DNA from: Deferribacterales bacterium
GTDB lineage: Bacteria; Chrysiogenota; Deferribacteres; Deferribacterales; Geovibrionaceae
DNA: 64,000 nt
Assembly (NCBI GenBank): GCA_050251945.1
Contig: JBFWLW010000001.1
Location: forward strand, 480,001 to 544,000
Direction of reading: 5' to 3'
Shown piece by piece: positions 10,923 to 21,052 of the stretch. The position numbers and the translations under genes are program-made. Under the pieces are notes generated by a model. That model saw only the letters and a program-made list of their open reading frames with translations, ran no database searches and was not told the DNA's origin. Each line of letters begins with the position of its first letter. Position 1 is the stretch's first letter.

Positions 10923-12121
10923 GCCTGACCTCCTTTGTGCAGTGTTTTAAGGAATATGTTTTTAGATATGGTACCGATGTAGGTTCCGTCCGTGTCAGTG
11001 ACAGGAATGGGGAAAGGATTATCTATCAGCAGAGGCAGAACATCCTGCATTGAATCATCGCCCAATGCGGAAGCAGCAGTTTTAAGGTGGTTATCATGTA
11101 TTTCTTTCTCACCGTTGTCTGCCATCTCAATGAGTTCGTCGCGGGAAAGAACGCCTTTAAAAACTTCATTTTCGTCAATCACATAAATATAATCACGTTC
11201 ATGTTTGATAAGCCTTTGCAGAGCTGTTCTCGGACCGTTCCCCGGTTTTATCTTGATTGTGACCTGATTTTTGACAGCTATGTCTTTGGCGGTAAGAATC
11301 ACAGTGGGATCAACGCCGCGAAAGAACGCTTTCACATAATCGTCGGCGGGGTTTTGAAGAATATCTTCCGGCGTGCCGACCTGAACAATGCGCCCGCCTT
11401 CCATAATAGCGATTCTGTCGCCGATGCGCATGGCTTCGTCGAGGTCGTGGGAGATAAATACTATTGTACGTTTAAGTTTTTTTTGAAGTTTGAGAAGTTC
11501 ATCCTGCATCTCAGCCCTGATAAGGGGATCCAGTGCCGAAAACGCTTCGTCCATAAGCAATACGTCGGGGTTTACAGCCAGTGCGCGGGCAAGTCCGACG
11601 CGCTGTTTCATTCCGCCGGAAAGCTCGTCCGGCATACTGAATGCCCACTGGTCAAGCCCAACCTGCTCCAGTGCGGAAAGAGCCAGAGCCTCCCGTTCTA
11701 TCTTCCTGAGACCTGTCATCTCAAGCCCGAATGCCGCGTTTTCTATAACGCTTAAGTGCGGCATAAGGGCAAACGACTGAAAGACCATACTTATCTTCTT
11801 TCTGCGTACGGTTTTCAGTTCATCCTTGCCCATGGCGGCAATATCCTTTCCATCAAGAAAGATGTTTCCTGCGGTCGGCTCAATCAGCCTGTTCAGCATA
11901 CGAACCAAAGTGGATTTTCCGGAGCCCGAAAGCCCCATAACCACGAATATCTCACCTTCATATATCGTAAAATTCGCATCCTGAACGCCGACATTCATTC
12001 CGGTTTCCGCCAGAACCTCTTCCTTGGAACTTCCTTTTTTCAGCATCTTCAAGGCAATATCCGGCTTATCGCTGAATATCTTGAACAATCCCTGAATAGA
12101 AATTTTTTCTTTTTTATCCAT
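10919..12121 (-). CDS. proV: Glycine betaine/proline ABC transporter ATPase with CBS domains
   Basis: GLSGSGKST, LSGGMKQRVG, MDEAFSALDPLIR; C-terminal CBS-like region. Confidence 0.93.
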   Translation of the reverse strand: MDKKEKISIQGLFKIFSDKPDIALKMLKKGSSKEEVLAETGMNVGVQDANFTIYEGEIFVVMGLSGSGKSTLVRMLNRLIEPTAGNIFLDGKDIAAMGKDELKTVRRKKISMVFQSFALMPHLSVIENAAFGLEMTGLRKIEREALALSALEQVGLDQWAFSMPDELSGGMKQRVGLARALAVNPDVLLMDEAFSALDPLIRAEMQDELLKLQKKLKRTIVFISHDLDEAMRIGDRIAIMEGGRIVQVGTPEDILQNPADDYVKAFFRGVDPTVILTAKDIAVKNQVTIKIKPGNGPRTALQRLIKHERDYIYVIDENEVFKGVLSRDELIEMADNGEKEIHDNHLKTAASALGDDSMQDVLPLLIDNPFPIPVTDTDGTYIGTISKNIFLKTLHKGGQA

Positions 12122-12490
12122 CAACACCTCTTTTTTTAAATCAAATAAAGACAAAAATAAAATAAACAATTGTAATTTAAGAATAATATTATCAATAAAA
12201 AATAAACATACCATAATGATATTTTGATATAAAAAGAGACATATACCGATATTAATTTTTGACTATATTTAAGATTATTAATTTTTTCAGTTCTGTTACT
12301 TCATATAAATTATCATTTTTGAGCATTTTTTGCAACCCAAATATTACATGCATGTAATTTGCAAACAGCAAAACAGCTAATATGAATAATAAAAATGGAT
12401 TTGGTCAGCGCTGATTTTTGTTTGAATTTTCATGTAATAAACCGAGGAGAGGCGCTGGAACAATTGGCGAAGTAAAGCAAAAAACCAAAT

Positions 12491-12568
12491 AGACTGCCGC
12501 GGGCTAAAGCCCTCGCAGTGACAGGAAGTTAGTCATTGCGAAACTGCGCAGCAGTTGTGGTAATCTCG
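12491..12568. repeat. REP-like palindromic repeat pair
   Basis: agactgccgcg...cctcgcagtgac / gtcattgcga...gtggtaatctc. Confidence 0.6.
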
Positions 12569-12677
12569 CCCAACTTAATTTAAATTATAGTGATTCTTAA
12601 GCAGAAAATGATGAGTATTGTTTTTTCTGGTATTATATGAAATATAGCATTTATGTACATTTTATAATGGTGAATAT

Positions 12678-13574
12678 ATGAAAGTTTTTATTGATGCTAA
12701 TGTGTTCATAACAGTTGCAATATCTTTCAATCCTGTTTACCCTTCATGGTCTCAACAATTATTATTTTCTAAAGATAATATTATTCTTGTTACTTCTCAA
12801 AGTGTAATTAATGAAGTAGTCGATGTATTAAAGGTTAAGGGGTATTCAGCTAAACTACAGAATTACTTTTTAGATAATTTTAAATATATTATGACTGTCT
12901 GCAATATTGAAGTCTGTGATAATTTTGAAGTTAAAGAATATGATTGTGTTGATGATAAGCGAGATTATCATGTCTTTGCAGGAGCACTTCATTCTAATTC
13001 AGATATAATTGCTACATATAATATGAAAGATTTTTCTAATAAAAACATATATAATATTAAGGTATGTAGCCCGTTTATCGTTCTCAAAGAGTTAAATACT
13101 CATAAACTAAGCAATTATATACAAAAGTATGGCTCTATTAGTGAAGAAGGGACGGTGTTTTTTAAAGGACAAGTATTGCATGAGTCTAGTTTTGGATGTT
13201 TATTCACAACAGATACGTATTATGTTCAATTCAATTCTTCTGGAAAATTGCAGATTAATGATAAAATAATTGAAAAACTTCAGCTAATACCTAATGAGGA
13301 ATTTTCTTTTGTAATAAGGTATAATAAAGAAAGTGTTGATTTTACTTTATTTAAGAAAAATTCTAAAAGAGAGTATTTTCAGATGATGTTATCATTAGGT
13401 ATACCTACATTTGAATTATGTCATATAAACATCGAAGGGTTTAAACGAAAGTCACCTTATTCTTTTTATGGTCATGTTAAGATGTTGGAATTTATACCAT
13501 CTTATATAAAAGGCAAGAGCTTGAAAGCTATGGTTGAGAATGGTAGTTATGAATCTTTAATAGGCTCAATCTAA
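12678..13574 (+). CDS. PIN-domain protein with C-terminal extension
   Basis: MKVFIDANV, INEV, DKRDYHVFAGA, IATYNMKDF are PIN_3-type acidic motifs; very AT-rich. Confidence 0.75.
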   Translation: MKVFIDANVFITVAISFNPVYPSWSQQLLFSKDNIILVTSQSVINEVVDVLKVKGYSAKLQNYFLDNFKYIMTVCNIEVCDNFEVKEYDCVDDKRDYHVFAGALHSNSDIIATYNMKDFSNKNIYNIKVCSPFIVLKELNTHKLSNYIQKYGSISEEGTVFFKGQVLHESSFGCLFTTDTYYVQFNSSGKLQINDKIIEKLQLIPNEEFSFVIRYNKESVDFTLFKKNSKREYFQMMLSLGIPTFELCHINIEGFKRKSPYSFYGHVKMLEFIPSYIKGKSLKAMVENGSYESLIGSI

Positions 13575-13847
13575 TTACAACATTTTTACAACACCATAGA
13601 TGAAATGCAAAAGCTGAGTAAAACACTCGGCTTTCTAACTTACTGATACATAAAGTGCGGAAGAGGAATCGCTTTTTGGGCGCTTTCTTCCTGAAAGCTG
13701 CAAAAAGCCAGCCGGTTCGCTGCCGCCGACGTCCTGTCGGCTTGTCCTCCCTTTCGGTTGGCGCTCTCCGTTCAACAAGTTCGGTGCAGAAACCACTCCA
13801 TAAGATAATGTCGTGGTTTTCGTTCGATTCCCTCTGATTCAGGTAAA

Positions 13848-13886
13848 TAAAAAGAGGATATGGGGTAAGTCCATATCCTCTTTTTA
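13848..13886 (-). terminator. Terminator downstream of tRNA-Leu
   Basis: Inverted repeat aaaaagaggatatgg / ccatatcctcttttt. Confidence 0.75.
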
Positions 13887-13888
13887 TA

Positions 13889-13972
13889 TGCCGGAAGGGG
13901 GAATCGAACCCCCACGCCATTGCTGGCACCGGATTTTGAGTCCAGCGCGTCTACCAGTTCCACCATTCCGGC
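13889..13972 (-). tRNA. tRNA-Leu (CAA)
   Basis: GCCGGAATGGTGGAACTGGTAGACGCGCTGGACTCAAAATCCGG...GGTTCGATTCCCCCTTCCGGCA; long variable arm; CCA not encoded. Confidence 0.96.
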
Positions 13973-14120
13973 ATCAATATATAAAAAACGAACAACATAC
14001 TATTTTAACCTGCGGTTTTTGTCAATCAAAACAAAAATTTATACATATAAAACGCCGATTTACTTGTGAAATAAACTTTTATTTGATAAAATCCCATATA
14101 ATTAAATATGGAGTTTTGTC

Positions 14121-16283
14121 TTGCGCAAAACATTAATATCTATTTTCATTTTTTTGCTTTTAGCAGCAATGCCCGCTCTGGCTCAGAATATCCGTGTCGG
14201 AATTTATCAGAACTATCCGCTGGTCTTCAAAAATGAAAACGGCAGGATGGAAGGTTTCTGTTATGACATCCTTAAAGATATAGCAGCTAAAGAGAACTGG
14301 CACCTGACGTATGTTTACGACACATGGCCAAACACGCTGAAGATGCTCAAAGAGGGCAAAATAGACATCCTTGTTCCGATAGGTTTCAATCTGGAACGCA
14401 CAAAATATATGACGTTCAGCAATGAGAACATCATCAGCAACTGGGGACAGATTTCCGTCCGCAAGGGTGTAACTGCAGACTCAATACTTGATCTTGACAA
14501 CAAGACCATATCTGTTCTGAAAGACGATATATATTTCACAAGTGACAACGGAATACAGGAAATCGCTAAACGTTTCGGCATAAAAATCAACTATCTTTTC
14601 GCTGAAACCTACGATGAAGCGATGCAGAAAGTTAAAGACGGCAAGGCTGACGGATGTCTGGCAAACCGTTTTTTCACCATGGCTAACGGCGAAAAATATA
14701 ACCTTCAGCGCACCACCATTCTGATGAACCCTGTGGAGGTACGCTTCGGACTTGTTAAAGACTCTCCTCTGACGCCGATGCTGGTACGAAAACTGGATAT
14801 GCGCCTCACAGAGATGAAACACGCAGAAGGCTCCGTATATCAGCAAAGTTATGAAAAATGGCTCGCATTCGCATCAAAACCCGATTTCATGGCAAATACA
14901 AAACTTATTTTTGCAATCCTTTTGCTTCCAGTACTCTTCATAATATCCGTTGTGCTGATTCTCCGTGCGGAGGTCAACCGCAAAACACGTGAAATAACAA
15001 ACAAGAACATTGAGCTTCAGCAGGAGATAGAAGAGCGTATCCGCATGGAAGAACGGCTGAAAGAGAACGAAGAAAAATACAGCACACTGTTCAACACATC
15101 ATACAACCCTATCGCAATAATCAGCGAGGACGGAGCGCTCGCCGACGTCAACGGTGAGATGGTGGCACAGTTCGGATACGAACGCGGCGAACTTTTGCAG
15201 ATGTTTTTGGAAATGCTTGTCGTTAAAGAACATATATCCAAAGTCGAAGAAATTCTGAATAAGATGAACAAGACCAAAAAATGGTCCTTCGAGCTTGATT
15301 TCGTGAAATCATGGGGTGACGTGTTCAACGCGGAAATATCCGCAAGCCGGCTTGAAATAGGCGGCAGAACCTTCATACAGCTTGTTATCATGGACGTTAC
15401 ATCACGCAAAAAAGCCAGCGAACTGCTGAACCGCCGACAGGAATATCTTGAGAAAAAGGTTGAGCAGGAGGTTCAGAAGCGCCGTCAGAACGAAAGGCTC
15501 ATGATGCAGCAGTCAAAGATGGCGGCAATGGGACAGATGATGAGTGCCATAGCCCACCAGTGGCGGCAGCCGCTTAACACAATAGCCATCTTCGTTCAGG
15601 ATTTTGAAGATTCTTTCAAACACGGTGAACTGGACGAAGCTTATGTCCGCGATCTTGTTCAGCAGTCGATGAAACAGATAAATTTTATGTCCAAGACAAT
15701 AGACGACTTCAAAAATTTCTTCAAACCGGACAAGGACGAGGTTGTCTTTGAACTCTGTAAGGAAACTGCAAATTCCACCTCACTTCTGGGCGTACAGCTC
15801 ACCAGAAGCGGAATTGAACTTATCATTGAGTTCAACGGCAAACGGGTTCAGTATACGGATTTTGAATCATTTGAAACTGAGATTGATACAAAAATATACG
15901 TAAAAGGTTTCCCGAACGAGTTCAAGCAGGTACTTTTAAACCTGGTTCAAAATGCACGCGATGCGGTTACGGACTGCATGGAAGAAGATCATTCAGTGAA
16001 GGGTATCATAGAGGTCAGCGTGAAAGAGCGCGACGGGCTTGCGACCGTCAGCGTAACAGACAATGGCACCGGTATTCAGAAAGAAATTGCCGAAAGAATA
16101 TTTGAACCCTATTTTTCCACCAAAGAGGAGGGAAAAGGGACGGGCGTCGGGCTGTATATGTCCAAGATAATCATTGAACAGAACATGCGCGGCAGGCTCT
16201 ATTTTGAGAATTTGAATCCCGGAACAAGGTTTATTGTTGAACTGCGTAGCCTTCCGGCACCGGAAAGCTACGATATGCTGTAA
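14121..16283 (+). CDS. Sensor histidine kinase (periplasmic SBP_bac_3 domain, PAS, HisKA, HATPase)
   Basis: IAHQWRQPL H-box, NLVQNARDA, DNGTGI, FSTKEEGKGTGVGL. Confidence 0.92.
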   Translation: MRKTLISIFIFLLLAAMPALAQNIRVGIYQNYPLVFKNENGRMEGFCYDILKDIAAKENWHLTYVYDTWPNTLKMLKEGKIDILVPIGFNLERTKYMTFSNENIISNWGQISVRKGVTADSILDLDNKTISVLKDDIYFTSDNGIQEIAKRFGIKINYLFAETYDEAMQKVKDGKADGCLANRFFTMANGEKYNLQRTTILMNPVEVRFGLVKDSPLTPMLVRKLDMRLTEMKHAEGSVYQQSYEKWLAFASKPDFMANTKLIFAILLLPVLFIISVVLILRAEVNRKTREITNKNIELQQEIEERIRMEERLKENEEKYSTLFNTSYNPIAIISEDGALADVNGEMVAQFGYERGELLQMFLEMLVVKEHISKVEEILNKMNKTKKWSFELDFVKSWGDVFNAEISASRLEIGGRTFIQLVIMDVTSRKKASELLNRRQEYLEKKVEQEVQKRRQNERLMMQQSKMAAMGQMMSAIAHQWRQPLNTIAIFVQDFEDSFKHGELDEAYVRDLVQQSMKQINFMSKTIDDFKNFFKPDKDEVVFELCKETANSTSLLGVQLTRSGIELIIEFNGKRVQYTDFESFETEIDTKIYVKGFPNEFKQVLLNLVQNARDAVTDCMEEDHSVKGIIEVSVKERDGLATVSVTDNGTGIQKEIAERIFEPYFSTKEEGKGTGVGLYMSKIIIEQNMRGRLYFENLNPGTRFIVELRSLPAPESYDML

Positions 16284-17773
16284 ATGAATATAGTCTGAAC
16301 AAGTCCGAACAGAAACCCAAGCACAAAGCCGAGGATGTTTATCCATCGGAAGCTGTCTTTCATAAACGAGAACAGCAGGTTTTCAACTTCGTAAAGGTCG
16401 AGCGAATTTATGCGGTTTTCAGTTATCTTCGGCAAATTCACCGATTCCACGATTCTGTCCAGATTCTTCTCGACAACCTTGTTTATCTGACCTATCAGAG
16501 CGGATTTTACCCGTCCGAACATCTTTTTTGGAATAAATCTGTATACGTTATTAATGTGTATATTCTCGCAGAAGCCGCAGAGCATGGAAACCAGCTTGCG
16601 GTCTGCTGGGCGCGCCAGTTTGCGGACATTCCCCTCGACAACATCAGAAAGTCCGGCTGATTCAATCACTTCACCAAGAGTCTTTTCCGGGTTGTTCCTG
16701 ACAAATGTAATGAGCTTTCCTGTTATCTTTTCGGCTATATCCTCCGAGGCAACAGCCCGCTGAATCGCGCTGACAAGGGAGCTTTTCAGGCTGAACACAG
16801 TCTCAAGCCCTATACTGTCGGCATGTTTGTAAAGCGGTTTTTCGTTTATCTCGCGGATATATCCGGTGAGTGCCTTTTCAATGCGGCGCTTCACGTCGTC
16901 GCTCTGCTTAACGGATGCTATAAGCTTCGGCAGATATTTGCCCACAAGGTCGCGAATGGAGTCCTCGTTAAGAAACATATTCAGAAAACCAAGCTTCATC
17001 TGGTCCACGGTGCCTTCAGAGAAGTGGTTATTCTTCATCTCGATCAGTTTATCGGCTGTTTTTTCACGAACTGCCGGATCGTCGAACGCATTTTCAAGCG
17101 AATCAAGTATTTTTGACGTTACAAAAGCGGAGAACGCAGGAATCTTATCCGACAAGGTTTTCGGGATGATATCGTTCAGAGACTTGCCCGACAGTACGAA
17201 ATTATTTATATACGCTGAAACTGCACTTCCCGCCTCTTCCTGTATCTTCTGCGATGACATAAAGCTTTCAACCGCAGTTTTCAGATTATCGTGATATTTT
17301 TCAAGCTCACCGATCTTAAACCCGTAAACAGCGTTCAAAACGTCTTCTGCCGCCGCGTCAAAGACCTTGTCCAGAAATCCGCCGGAGTTCAATGCCGAAA
17401 GCGCCGCCGAAATCACGGTCGCAGGCTGATAACCGGACTTTGATATGATGTCCGCAAGGGTGCCGTAGTCCTTTTCAAGAAAAGCTATGAGTTCATGCTC
17501 AACAGCTTTTTCCATGCGTTCCTGCACAGCGCCGTTGAAAAACGCGTTTTTTATATCTTCTCTGCGCAGAAGTTTATCACCGACAAGATGTCCGATCTCG
17601 CGTGCGAGTTTAGCCCTGTTTTTGGGAATCACACCCTGCCACCCGAAAGACAGCACGGAAGCCTTATGCGGGCGAAACAGCATTTTGATGGCAAGCCAGT
17701 TCGTGCCGTATCCCACAAGCCCCATAGCGACAGGTGTTAAAAGAAAATTAAGCGTTTGCGACAGCAACGACAA
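16268..17773 (-). CDS. DUF445 family membrane protein
   Basis: GYGTNWLAIKMLFRP, QGVIPK; C-terminal INILGFVLGFLFGLVQ. Confidence 0.85.
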   Translation of the reverse strand: MSLLSQTLNFLLTPVAMGLVGYGTNWLAIKMLFRPHKASVLSFGWQGVIPKNRAKLAREIGHLVGDKLLRREDIKNAFFNGAVQERMEKAVEHELIAFLEKDYGTLADIISKSGYQPATVISAALSALNSGGFLDKVFDAAAEDVLNAVYGFKIGELEKYHDNLKTAVESFMSSQKIQEEAGSAVSAYINNFVLSGKSLNDIIPKTLSDKIPAFSAFVTSKILDSLENAFDDPAVREKTADKLIEMKNNHFSEGTVDQMKLGFLNMFLNEDSIRDLVGKYLPKLIASVKQSDDVKRRIEKALTGYIREINEKPLYKHADSIGLETVFSLKSSLVSAIQRAVASEDIAEKITGKLITFVRNNPEKTLGEVIESAGLSDVVEGNVRKLARPADRKLVSMLCGFCENIHINNVYRFIPKKMFGRVKSALIGQINKVVEKNLDRIVESVNLPKITENRINSLDLYEVENLLFSFMKDSFRWINILGFVLGFLFGLVQTIFIYSIS

Positions 17774-18662
17774 GTCCCTCCCTCAATCCGAAATCCGAAA
17801 CTGTGAGCTTGTCCATACCCAATATACTCATAAGCTCAAGGGTAATGAGTATCCCGGGGATAAGCACTTCCTGCCTGCCCACTTCCATCCCGGGGATAAG
17901 CAGACGTTTTTCCGCAGTCATAGAGCAGAGTTTTTTAAGTATCTCCTCTATCTGCGGTTTCGCTATCTCGAAACCGTTAACCTTTATCTGGTTATAGTTT
18001 TCCATGTGCATTTCAATAGCGGCAAGTGTCGTTGGCGTACCTGCGGAACCGATGAGCATGTCCGGTTTGCACTCAAGGAATTTCACAACCTCCTGCAAAA
18101 CGCTGAACATGGGGATGCGTATTCTGTCCATCTGTTCCATTTCAAGCGCTCCGCCGAAATCGTATCGTTCCGCGAGCTTGACCACGCCCATAGGGACGCT
18201 TATTTTCTTCTGGTCTTTACCCGGTTCGGCATATATGAACTCTGTGGAGCCGCCGCCGATGTCAAACACAAGAACTTTTTTGTCTGTTGTGTCCACAGCG
18301 GAGCATACACCGTTAAAGATCAGTCCTGCCTCTGTGGTACCGTCTATCACCTGAATGTTGATACCGAGCTTGCCTGCCGCTTCGATGAGAACGCTTGAAT
18401 TGCGTGCCTCACGAACTGCGCTTGTCGCAACTGCGTGGAAGCGTTCTGATTTATGAAAAGCCATCGCCTCAGCAAAAAGTCTCAGCGCATTCATCGTTCT
18501 CTCTATGGATGCGTTGCTGAGGATGCCTTTTGTGCTCAGAACCTCTGCAAGTTTTGTAACGTGCCTGTCTTTATGTACAATATTAACTATCTTTCCGTCT
18601 TCAACATCCGCGATCATAAGTCTCACTGCATTGGAGCCAATATCTATTGCCGCTGCTCTCAT
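17748..18662 (-). CDS. ppx: Ppx/GppA family phosphatase
   Basis: AIDIGSNAVRL, ATSAVREARN, DIGGGSTE, GLREG. Confidence 0.92.
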   Translation of the reverse strand: MRAAAIDIGSNAVRLMIADVEDGKIVNIVHKDRHVTKLAEVLSTKGILSNASIERTMNALRLFAEAMAFHKSERFHAVATSAVREARNSSVLIEAAGKLGINIQVIDGTTEAGLIFNGVCSAVDTTDKKVLVFDIGGGSTEFIYAEPGKDQKKISVPMGVVKLAERYDFGGALEMEQMDRIRIPMFSVLQEVVKFLECKPDMLIGSAGTPTTLAAIEMHMENYNQIKVNGFEIAKPQIEEILKKLCSMTAEKRLLIPGMEVGRQEVLIPGILITLELMSILGMDKLTVSDFGLREGLVVAVANA

Positions 18663-18665
18663 TAA

Positions 18666-20012
18666 TCAATCCATCCTGAATCTTTTTATTCCTCTCGCCG
18701 AAACGGTGAGAACCCCACGGATGACAGCCTCCCCGTCTTTTCCGGCAACACGAAGTATGATATTCATATCGTAGGTCTTTTCCACATATTTCTTTTCGAG
18801 GTTAGTATCGGAAACAGAGTACACCAGTGTGAGAGGTTCTTCAAGCCCCGATATAAAACGCCGTACATTCAGCCGCATGATGTCTGTAACGCCGTCAATC
18901 TCGCCGTCAATGACCTCTTTTATCTTCCTGTGATTTATCCTGACCTTTTTAGAAAACCTGATTATGTTGTCAGCCGGATCATAACCGTTCACTGCGTATG
19001 CGGGCAGGTCTTTAACGGTTATAAACGCTGATTTTTCGTATGTTTTACCCATAGCATGCTTTTTACTGCTTTCATATATGCGCGTTTCAAAATCATAAAT
19101 ATGCGCGGAAAACTTCTTCCGCAGATACGCTCTGGAACTCTCCTTAATCCTGTCTTTGAACATATATCCAAGAACAAGTGCGGCGAAGAACGGCATAGTA
19201 AAATTCCCGTATCTCTGCTGCGCCCAGAAGGCTATCACGGTTGCAAACACCATTGAAAGCCCCGCCGCAGCCGCATAAACAAAAACTGTTGTGGCGGTGT
19301 CTGCTTTCTTCCTTTTCGCCGTCAGATGAAGAATTGTATAAAAATAGTTTTTCAGCCACTCATAACGGTTTATAAGCTTTTCGTTCTGCTCGTCGTCGCC
19401 CGCTGTGGACTGCGGATAATGCTCCTGTCTGTAATGCAGTTCCTCTCTGATGGTGTCGGCTATCATCTCCCTGTGGGATGCCGAAAGTCTGTCATACAGC
19501 CTGACAAGATATATATTCGTGACCACGCTGGTGAACTCGTCGCCGAGGGTGAACATCTCTATCCCGTCATGTTTTTTTCTTAGCTTGCGAAAGATATTGC
19601 GGTTCTTCTCCACATGTTCAAGAAGCAGACCGACCTCGTCTTGCGTACTGGCGTCAGTAATATTTAAGGTGTGATTGCGCAGCATGGCTCTGTAGCCGCA
19701 GACAAATTTTTTGTACATGTATTCGCAGCTTGGCGAGCGCATCGCAACGTTGCTTGTATCGTCGAAATGTTTCAGTCTTTTGTAATAGTTATTCAGATAG
19801 AAATCAGGTGTTTTCAGGCGGATATTGCGCGATAGATCCTGATAGAAATGCTTCTTTTCATATGTGGATTCATTTACGCCCATATTATTAGGAAAGAACA
19901 GAAAAAGATCAATCTGATAATCAGACCTGTCCGGCGCTCCGGCAGGAACGTATTCCAGTTTCATTTCAATGGATTTGCTGTTGTGGACACGAATATTAAC
20001 GTTGTTCCGCAT
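18666..20012 (-). CDS. Conserved hypothetical membrane protein
   Basis: 448-aa ORF in operon; two TM segments; LGYMFKDRIKE. Confidence 0.7.
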   Translation of the reverse strand: MRNNVNIRVHNSKSIEMKLEYVPAGAPDRSDYQIDLFLFFPNNMGVNESTYEKKHFYQDLSRNIRLKTPDFYLNNYYKRLKHFDDTSNVAMRSPSCEYMYKKFVCGYRAMLRNHTLNITDASTQDEVGLLLEHVEKNRNIFRKLRKKHDGIEMFTLGDEFTSVVTNIYLVRLYDRLSASHREMIADTIREELHYRQEHYPQSTAGDDEQNEKLINRYEWLKNYFYTILHLTAKRKKADTATTVFVYAAAAGLSMVFATVIAFWAQQRYGNFTMPFFAALVLGYMFKDRIKESSRAYLRKKFSAHIYDFETRIYESSKKHAMGKTYEKSAFITVKDLPAYAVNGYDPADNIIRFSKKVRINHRKIKEVIDGEIDGVTDIMRLNVRRFISGLEEPLTLVYSVSDTNLEKKYVEKTYDMNIILRVAGKDGEAVIRGVLTVSARGIKRFRMD

Positions 20013-20056
20013 ACTGATATAATAGCGGTCAAGTTGCTATAATGAAAGTGTTTTTA

Positions 20057-21052
20057 TTATTGCTTCTGGTTGATGTTCACTTTCTCCCTGTGTTCGTCAT
20101 AGTTCACGCTGAATGTGTGTTTATGGTTCTTATCTGCGACGAAATACAGGTAGTCGGTGTCCGCAGGATTCAAAGCCGCATCAATAGCCATTCTGCTGGG
20201 GTTGCATATCGGAGTGGGCGGAAGACCGCCGTGTCTGTATGTATTATAAGGGTTAGCGGGGTTCTGCAGGTCGTGTTTGCGCAGGTTGCCGTCGAACTCC
20301 GGCATAAGCCCGTAAATAACCGTAGGGTCCGCCTGAAGGCGCATCCCTTTTCTCAGACGGTTGTGGTAAACGGAAGATATCACAGGCGCTTCCGATGGGT
20401 CATAGGTCTCTTTCTGTATTATGGAAGCCAGAATAACTATATCGTTGACCGACATGCCAAGTGCAGCAGCACGACTTTCAATATCGGCAGGAAGCTGTTT
20501 TCTGAAATACCAGTAAAGGGTTTTGATTACCTTCCTGGGTCTGGTCATGGGTTCAAACGTGTATGTGCTCGGGTACAGATAACCCTCAAGACTGTCAAGA
20601 TGCTGTCCTGTAAGCTCGAAGATGTAGTCTTTATCACGCGTCAGGCTGAAAAACTCCTCCCCGTCGTCAACTACAAAGCGCCCCACTCTTGCTGACATAT
20701 CATAGGTGTTGAACCCTTCGGGGAAAGTGATTTTCATCGTCGACTGTTTACCCTGAATTATGAGATTCAGGAAATCTTTCAGCGGAGTATCTTCGACCTT
20801 GTAATAACCGTATTTCATATTAACGTCTATCTCTTTCATACGAATGAGATATTCCCTGAACATAAGGGGCGGGTTCAGCTCCGTTATCACACTTTCATAC
20901 ATCACGTTGAAGCCGTTCTTTTTCGGAACGGTTATTTCAGCGGTGACGCGGGTATTGTCGAGAAAATCCTCGCATTTCACCGTCCAAAGCCCGAACGATG
21001 CAGTGGCAAGGAACATCACAACTGCAAATGCGATAACTGCTATTCTTAACAT
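20057..21052 (-). CDS. mltG: Endolytic transglycosylase MltG
   Basis: ITFPEG, LEGYLYPSTY, LASIIQKE, LQADPTV, PYNTY..GLPPTPICNP. Confidence 0.94.
   Translation of the reverse strand: MLRIAVIAFAVVMFLATASFGLWTVKCEDFLDNTRVTAEITVPKKNGFNVMYESVITELNPPLMFREYLIRMKEIDVNMKYGYYKVEDTPLKDFLNLIIQGKQSTMKITFPEGFNTYDMSARVGRFVVDDGEEFFSLTRDKDYIFELTGQHLDSLEGYLYPSTYTFEPMTRPRKVIKTLYWYFRKQLPADIESRAAALGMSVNDIVILASIIQKETYDPSEAPVISSVYHNRLRKGMRLQADPTVIYGLMPEFDGNLRKHDLQNPANPYNTYRHGGLPPTPICNPSRMAIDAALNPADTDYLYFVADKNHKHTFSVNYDEHREKVNINQKQ

Noticed and set aside
13528..14136. ORFs overlapping tRNA-Leu
   Set aside because: Spurious translations of the tRNA, its terminator and a GC-rich spacer.
17487..18398. 303-aa plus-strand ORF and similar long antisense ORFs (e.g. 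3328-4017, 11087-11755, 20042-20695)
   Set aside because: Antisense shadows of well-supported genes, with no motifs of their own.
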